From positions 154,668 to 218,667 of the forward strand of contig OZ243919.1 of NCBI GenBank assembly GCA_965213885.1: 64,000 bases of DNA, given 5' to 3'. The position numbers were made by a program, and so were the translations under genes. The notes under the pieces are model-generated. The model worked only from the letters and a program-made list of their open reading frames with translations, made no database searches and had not been told where the DNA came from. Shown here one piece after another: positions 59,094-64,000 of the stretch; the first letter of the stretch is position 1; each line of letters begins with the position of its first letter. Source of the stretch: Candidatus Poriferihabitaceae bacterium. Its GTDB lineage: Bacteria > Pseudomonadota > Gammaproteobacteria > Arenicellales > Poriferihabitantaceae.

Positions 59094-59939
59094 TCATCGG
59101 GTGACTGACTCCCGGTCCAGTGCCTCGAGGAACTTGTCCTGTTCGTTGGGGCGCATGGCGATGCACTGCTCCGGATAGGGAAACCGCTTGCCGGTCACCT
59201 CGGTGTGAAACGCCTTCAGCGCGGCGACGCGCTCCTCGTGCATTTGCCTGTGCAGCCGGCCGAGGTCGCCGAACGGATGGGCATGCCTGGGCGGTGTTTC
59301 CTCCTCGCTGGCTTCCCCGCAGATGTCCGCCACGAACAGGAATACCGCGTCCCCGGCATGACCGGAACCAAGCGAGAAGGTCACGATGGAAGTCCGGTTG
59401 TTGACCGCCTGCAGCACCTCCTCGGCAATACACTCGACCTCCACAGCGAATACCCCGACGTCTTCCATGCGCTTGAGTGTACGGTAGATCTCCATGGCTT
59501 CATCGGCGGTCCGTCCCCAGGCCCGCAACCCGCCACACCAGTGGCTGAACGTCGGGATCAGGCCGATGTGGCTGTGTACCGGGATGCCTTCCTTCGCCAG
59601 CATCTCGAGGATGTCGTAGGAGCGCAGGGTGTAGTACATGTCCGCCCCCTTTTCCATCCGGTCCAGGGCGTTCGCCAGGATTTCGTCCGCTGTCGCATAC
59701 TGTGCCCAGGTCATTCCGGTACCCATGAAATGCGTTGGTGCAATCCTGCGGGCTTCCTCCACCTGGCTGTCCCAGATGACAAAAAGGTCAATCCCGGCCT
59801 CGACGCAGGCCCTGATCTCGGTCGCATCCTTCGGGTTGGTCATGCTGAGCCGCTCTCCCGAGCCCTTCAGCGCCTGCAGGTCGGCAACCGTGTAGTTGCG
59901 ATTTGCCGGCCTGCGGCCAAAATCGTAGATTCTCTTCAT
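59094..59939 (-). CDS. PanB-like (3-methyl-2-oxobutanoate hydroxymethyltransferase family / PEP-mutase-superfamily) protein
   Basis: Distant but colinear with PanB: ..HIGLIPT..GG.RAWGR.., AVEVECIAEEV.., VTFSLGSGHAGDAVFLFVADICG, ..FHTEVTGKRFPYPEQ. Confidence 0.55.
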   Translation of the reverse strand: MKRIYDFGRRPANRNYTVADLQALKGSGERLSMTNPKDATEIRACVEAGIDLFVIWDSQVEEARRIAPTHFMGTGMTWAQYATADEILANALDRMEKGADMYYTLRSYDILEMLAKEGIPVHSHIGLIPTFSHWCGGLRAWGRTADEAMEIYRTLKRMEDVGVFAVEVECIAEEVLQAVNNRTSIVTFSLGSGHAGDAVFLFVADICGEASEEETPPRHAHPFGDLGRLHRQMHEERVAALKAFHTEVTGKRFPYPEQCIAMRPNEQDKFLEALDRESVTR

Positions 59940-60016
59940 GGCGGTATTCCGGATTCAGGTGGACAGTCCGGCCAATATTCGACAAATCCAGCCGGGTGTC
60001 TATCAGGGCCGCGACA

Positions 60017-62302
60017 TCAATCCGTGGTTACGGGACTCCCTTCGCCGTTCGGGGCGAGATCGACAAGGCAACTGTGTGCGCTGCAGCCCTGGCCCAGCCG
60101 TGAAGTGCCCGCATCCCGGGTCAGCACATTTGGATTGCCTTGGGTATCGGTTCCATCGTCGTCGGGATCGAACCAGCTCCCGGTGGACAATGCGACCACG
60201 CCGGGCATGATATCCCCGCTGACCACCGCCCGAGCAAGACAGATGCCACGGGCGTTGTAGAGCTTCACCGGGTCTCCATGGCGGATGCCGCGGGCATCGG
60301 CATCGACCGGGTTGACCGTCACCGGCGCCGGGCGCTCCCCCGGCAGGTCGGCGATGGCGCATTCGAGTTGGCTGTGAAGCTTGTCCCCGGGCTGGGGTGA
60401 GACCAGATGCAACGGATACCGCCCGATGTTGCCGCGCCATTCTTCCGGTGGCATCCAGGTCGGATGGCCGGGGCAGTCGTCGTAACCGAATCCGTCGATG
60501 GTCTCGGAAAAGATCTCGATTCTCCCCGAGGGCGTGTCCAGCGGCGCCTCCTCGGGATCCTTCCTGAATGCGGCGAACGGTGTCAGGGCATGTTCCGGTC
60601 CCCGTACCGGCAGATCGATCCAGTTGCTCGACCTGAGTTCCTCCAGGTCAGGCACTTCGATTCCCCGTGCGGCATTGTATTCCCGGAACTGCCGGTAGAG
60701 GTGGTCGATCCAGTCACTGCTGTCCCGGCCTTCGGTGAATTGCTCGCCAAATCCCAGGCGGGCGGCGAGGTCGCTGAAAATATCGTAGTCGTTCCGTGCC
60801 TCCCCCACGGGCCCGATCATTCCCGGCATGTGAATCAGGTAGGAGTCCCCCCGGGCCCAGCCGATGTCCTCCCGTTCCCACGGGGTCGTCGCAGGGAACA
60901 CGATGTCCGCCCGTTTTGCGGTAGCGGTCCACCATGGCTCGTGCACGATGACGGTTTCGGGGCACTGCCAGGCCCGGTGAAGCCGGTGAAGATCCTGGTG
61001 ATGGTGAAAAGGGTTGCCGCCGCACCAGTACACCAGGCGGATGTCGGGATAGGTCAGATGCCTGCCGTTGAAATCGAACGGCATCCCGGGATTGAGCAGC
61101 ATGTCCGCGATGCGGGCCACCGGTATCGCGGTGCCGACCGGATTGCGGCCCTGGGGGAAGGTGAGGCCGTCCATGCGCCGGACCGAGACGCCGATGCCGC
61201 CGATGGCGCCGTAACCGTAACCGACGCCGCCCCCCGGAAGCCCGATCTGCCCCAGCATCGCGGCCAGTACCGCAGCCATCCAGTAGGGCTGTTCGCCGTG
61301 TTCCGCGCGCTGCAGCGCCCAGGACACGGTGATCAGGGTTCGCTCCCGGGCCATGTCCCGAGCCAGTTGGCGGATTCGTTCCGCGTGGATGCCGGTGAGA
61401 CTCCCGGCCCATTCCGGTGTCTTGGGCCGGCCATCGGACTCCCCCGTGAGGTAGGCCCTGAACCGCGGATAGCCCGTGGTGCAACGTGCCAGGAAATGCC
61501 GGTCAAGCAGTTCCTCGGTCTCCAGCACGTAGGCCAGTGCGAGCATGAGCGCGGTGTCGCTTCCGGGGACTACGGGCACCCATTCCGCCCCGTCCGGTGC
61601 GTCTGTCCTCTGGGGTGCGATGTTGATCCGTCTGATCCCCCTGCAGGCGAACTCGTCGAACCAGGTCCGGGTTTCGTGATGCGTCACGCCGCCCATGCTG
61701 ACCTGGGAGTTTTTCGGGTTGATTCCGCCGAACATCACCAGCAGGCGGGTATGTTCCGCGATGGTCGGCCAGGCGTTCTGATTGCCCCAGAAGAGCTTCA
61801 GGAAGTTCATGCCGAATACATGGGGTATGATGGCCTGGGCGGCGGCGGTGCTGTAACTCGCGACCGATGCCACATACCCGCCGGCGCAGTTGAGAAAGCG
61901 GTGGACCTGTCCCAGCGCATGGTGAAAGCGCCCGGCGCTTGCCCAGCCGTAGGAACCGCCGAAGATGGACTCGTTGCCGTGACGCCTGCGCACCCGGTCG
62001 ATCTCCCGGGCGGCAATGTCCAGCGCCTCGTCCCAGGGCAGTTCCACGAACGTGTCCTCCCCCCTCGGGGCATCGCGAAGCCCGGCCTGTCCCGGCCCGT
62101 GTTCAAGCCATCCACGGCGAACAGATGGCTTCCGGACACGCTTGCGGTGATGCACCGCGGCCGGCAGGATACCGGAGATCGACGATGGACACGGGTCGTT
62201 TTCGAATGGAGCCACGGCGGCAATGCGGCCGTTCTGTGTGGTAACCCGGAAGGCACCCCAGTGACTGGAGGTGACACGCGTGACTGAATGGTTCTTGCTC
62301 AT
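60017..62302 (-). CDS. Cytoplasmic molybdopterin oxidoreductase, BisC/TorZ-like S-/N-oxide reductase family
   Basis: No Tat signal. N-terminus ..SSHWGAFRVTTQNGRIAAVAPFENDP..VRKPSVRRGWLE resembles the BisC N-terminus. 761 aa with a C-terminal beta-barrel (..VTVNPVDADARGIRHGDPVKLYNARG). Confidence 0.8.
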   Translation of the reverse strand: MSKNHSVTRVTSSHWGAFRVTTQNGRIAAVAPFENDPCPSSISGILPAAVHHRKRVRKPSVRRGWLEHGPGQAGLRDAPRGEDTFVELPWDEALDIAAREIDRVRRRHGNESIFGGSYGWASAGRFHHALGQVHRFLNCAGGYVASVASYSTAAAQAIIPHVFGMNFLKLFWGNQNAWPTIAEHTRLLVMFGGINPKNSQVSMGGVTHHETRTWFDEFACRGIRRINIAPQRTDAPDGAEWVPVVPGSDTALMLALAYVLETEELLDRHFLARCTTGYPRFRAYLTGESDGRPKTPEWAGSLTGIHAERIRQLARDMARERTLITVSWALQRAEHGEQPYWMAAVLAAMLGQIGLPGGGVGYGYGAIGGIGVSVRRMDGLTFPQGRNPVGTAIPVARIADMLLNPGMPFDFNGRHLTYPDIRLVYWCGGNPFHHHQDLHRLHRAWQCPETVIVHEPWWTATAKRADIVFPATTPWEREDIGWARGDSYLIHMPGMIGPVGEARNDYDIFSDLAARLGFGEQFTEGRDSSDWIDHLYRQFREYNAARGIEVPDLEELRSSNWIDLPVRGPEHALTPFAAFRKDPEEAPLDTPSGRIEIFSETIDGFGYDDCPGHPTWMPPEEWRGNIGRYPLHLVSPQPGDKLHSQLECAIADLPGERPAPVTVNPVDADARGIRHGDPVKLYNARGICLARAVVSGDIMPGVVALSTGSWFDPDDDGTDTQGNPNVLTRDAGTSRLGQGCSAHSCLVDLAPNGEGSPVTTD

Positions 62303-62303
62303 G

Positions 62304-63461
62304 TCAATAGGACCGCGGCATGCCGAGTACGTGCTCGGAAATATAGCTCAGGATCAGGTTGGTGGAGACGGGCGCCACCTGGTACAGGCGTGCCTCCCGG
62401 AACTTGCGCTCGATGTCGTATTCCTCGGCAAAGCCGAACCCGCCATGGGTCTGCACGCAGGCTTCGGCGGCTGCCCAGGATGCATCGGCGCAGAGCATCT
62501 TCGCCAGGTTGGCTTCCTCCCCGGGGTTCTCACCCAGGTCATACAGCCGGACGGCCTCCCGCAGCACCAGCTCCGCCGCCCGCATGCCGGCATAGGCCTG
62601 GGCGATGGGAAACTGGATGCCCTGGTTCTGGCCGATGGGACGTCCGAAGACCCTACGTTCGCAGGCATAGGCCGTGGCCCTGTCGATGAACCACTTGGCG
62701 TCGCCGACACATTCCGCCGCAATCAGCATGCGCTCGGCGTTCATGCCTGAAAGGATGTAGCGGAACCCCCGGCCTTCCTCGCCCACCAGGGCGGAACGCG
62801 GCACCGGCATGTTGTCGAAGAACATCTCCGTGGTGGCATGATTCATCATGGTGCGTATGGGGCGTATGGTCAGTGTCCCGTCAGGGACATCCCGCATGTC
62901 CACCAGCAGCACCGAGAGCCCTTCGGTGCGTTTCCCGACCTGATCCAGCGGCGTTGTCCGGCACAGCAGCAACAGCAGGTCGGAATGCGCCGCCCGCGAG
63001 GTCCAGATCTTCTGTCCGTTAACGATGTAGTGGCCGTCTTCCAGACGCGCAGAGGTGCGAAGAGCTGCGGTGTCGGTGCCGCTGGTGGGTTCGGTGACGC
63101 CGAATGCCTGCAGCCTGAGCGAACCCTCGGCGATACTCGGCAGGTACCGGGATTTCTGGTCCCGGGATCCGTGCCTAAGAACCGTACCCATGGTGTACAT
63201 CTGGGCATGGCAGGCGGCGGCATTGCAGCCTGAGCGATGAATCTCCTCCAGGATGGCCGCCGCGGCGGCAATGGGAAGCTCCGCCCCGCCGTATTCTTCC
63301 GGAATCAGCACGGACAGGTAGCCGGCCTCCGTCAGGGCCCGGACGAATTCCTCCGGATACGCCTGTTCCCGGTCGCACCGCCGCCAGTATTCGCCGGGGA
63401 ACCGGGTACAGAGTTTGCGTACCTCGGTGCGGATTTCCGGGTAGTCAGGTGCGTAGTCCAT
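62304..63461 (-). CDS. Acyl-CoA dehydrogenase
   Basis: ..FGVTEPTSGTDT.., YIVNGQKIWTS, C-terminal ..QTHGGFGFAEEYDIERKFREARLYQVAP... Confidence 0.9.
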   Translation of the reverse strand: MDYAPDYPEIRTEVRKLCTRFPGEYWRRCDREQAYPEEFVRALTEAGYLSVLIPEEYGGAELPIAAAAAILEEIHRSGCNAAACHAQMYTMGTVLRHGSRDQKSRYLPSIAEGSLRLQAFGVTEPTSGTDTAALRTSARLEDGHYIVNGQKIWTSRAAHSDLLLLLCRTTPLDQVGKRTEGLSVLLVDMRDVPDGTLTIRPIRTMMNHATTEMFFDNMPVPRSALVGEEGRGFRYILSGMNAERMLIAAECVGDAKWFIDRATAYACERRVFGRPIGQNQGIQFPIAQAYAGMRAAELVLREAVRLYDLGENPGEEANLAKMLCADASWAAAEACVQTHGGFGFAEEYDIERKFREARLYQVAPVSTNLILSYISEHVLGMPRSY

Positions 63462-63658
63462 GGGCAGTTGCCAGGCGGTTGACCGGCTGCCGCATCTCCC
63501 GGAGGGCTGTCAGCCAGCCCGCGGAAGGGTGATCGGGCGCGGCGGCCGCGGATTTGGCGACTTTACCAGCCCCAAGACCCCTGATCCATGCCCCCATGCC
63601 CCGGCGGTGCCGGGCGGGCAGGGGCGGTTGCCTGGCCGCAGCCGTCAGCCGTCAGCCG

Positions 63659-64000
63659 TCAGTCGCCGACCGCGTGGTCCCGGGGTTCCCGGTCCAGGGA
63701 CAGCAGGTGGTCCATGCGCCGTTTCTTCGTCTGCAGGTAGCGTTCGTTTTCCGGGTGAACCGTGCTTTCGACGTGGACCCGTTCCAGCACGGTGATACCC
63801 TCCGCCTCCAGCGCCCGGATCTTGAGTGGATTGTTGGTCATGAGACGGATCGATCTGACGCCGAGGTCTTCCAGTATCCTTGCGGCAAGGGAGTATTCCC
63901 TCTCGTCGGGCTGATGGCCCAGCAGGATATTGGCGTCCACCGTGTCATGTCCGTCGTCCTGCAGGTTGTAGGCTTCCATCTTCCTGGACAGGCCGATGCC
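63659..64000 (-). CDS. ribA: GTP cyclohydrolase II, 5' part beyond the window
   Basis: ..DTVDANILLGHQPDEREYSLAARILEDLGVRSIRLMTNNPLKIRALEAEGITVLERV..PENERYLQTKKRRMDHLL matches the RibA C-terminus. The frame is open to the window edge. Confidence 0.8.
   Translation of the reverse strand, partial: GIGLSRKMEAYNLQDDGHDTVDANILLGHQPDEREYSLAARILEDLGVRSIRLMTNNPLKIRALEAEGITVLERVHVESTVHPENERYLQTKKRRMDHLLSLDREPRDHAVGD

Noticed and set aside
1-64000. CRISPR arrays, rRNA and tRNA genes
   Set aside because: No regularly spaced repeats and no rRNA- or tRNA-like sequences were seen in any intergenic region I read. A dedicated scan (tRNAscan, Infernal) would be needed to be certain.

Overview
GC-rich bacterial chromosomal window whose gene order looks gammaproteobacterial. 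All calls come from reading the ORF translations and the DNA by eye; no searches were run.

Layout:
- 1-18.7 kb is housekeeping: groEL (5' partial), glyQ-glyS-mazG-like-gmhB-plsC, rsmA-pdxA, an ATL alkyltransferase-like gene, exbBD, glmU, ppsA/ppsR, a decayed rimO remnant, and clpB.
- 18.8-31.3 kb is an accessory-looking catabolic block. It holds an LLM monooxygenase, an alpha/beta hydrolase, an HpcH aldolase, two Asp/Glu-racemase-fold proteins, tandem sulfotransferase-like paralogs, DMT and MFS transporters, a tandem-GFA protein, and a dimethylglycine/sarcosine-dehydrogenase-like FAD+GcvT fusion.
- 31.3-32.1 kb carries NUDIX and CDGSH genes.
- 32.2-39.7 kb is a decayed, mobile-looking region. 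A ~3.9-kb islet is bounded by ~91%-identical 185-bp direct repeats and carries a tyrosine recombinase plus one TbpB/SLP-like lipoprotein. After it come a multiply frameshifted large gene, a dehydrogenase, and higBA remnants.
- 39.9-49.0 kb holds an ACAD10/11-like acyl-CoA dehydrogenase plus APH-like kinase pair, and an iron cluster (fbpABC, bfr, bfd, fur).
- 49.3-55.7 kb is the most interesting locus. A single intact 1,154-aa ORF fuses a squalene-epoxidase-type flavoprotein to an oxidosqualene cyclase (VTDCTAE motif). Broken sterol or isoprenoid genes surround it: an ispH fragment, an SDR fragment joined to an internally deleted CYP51, and a multiply frameshifted sterol methyltransferase.
- 56.1-63.5 kb is a minus-strand operon of two SDRs, an enolase-superfamily enzyme, a PanB-like protein, a BisC-like molybdoenzyme and an ACAD, followed by ribA (partial).

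No rRNA, tRNA or CRISPR was seen. Many long ORFs in the track are antisense artefacts of high GC and were rejected. Start codons are often uncertain.
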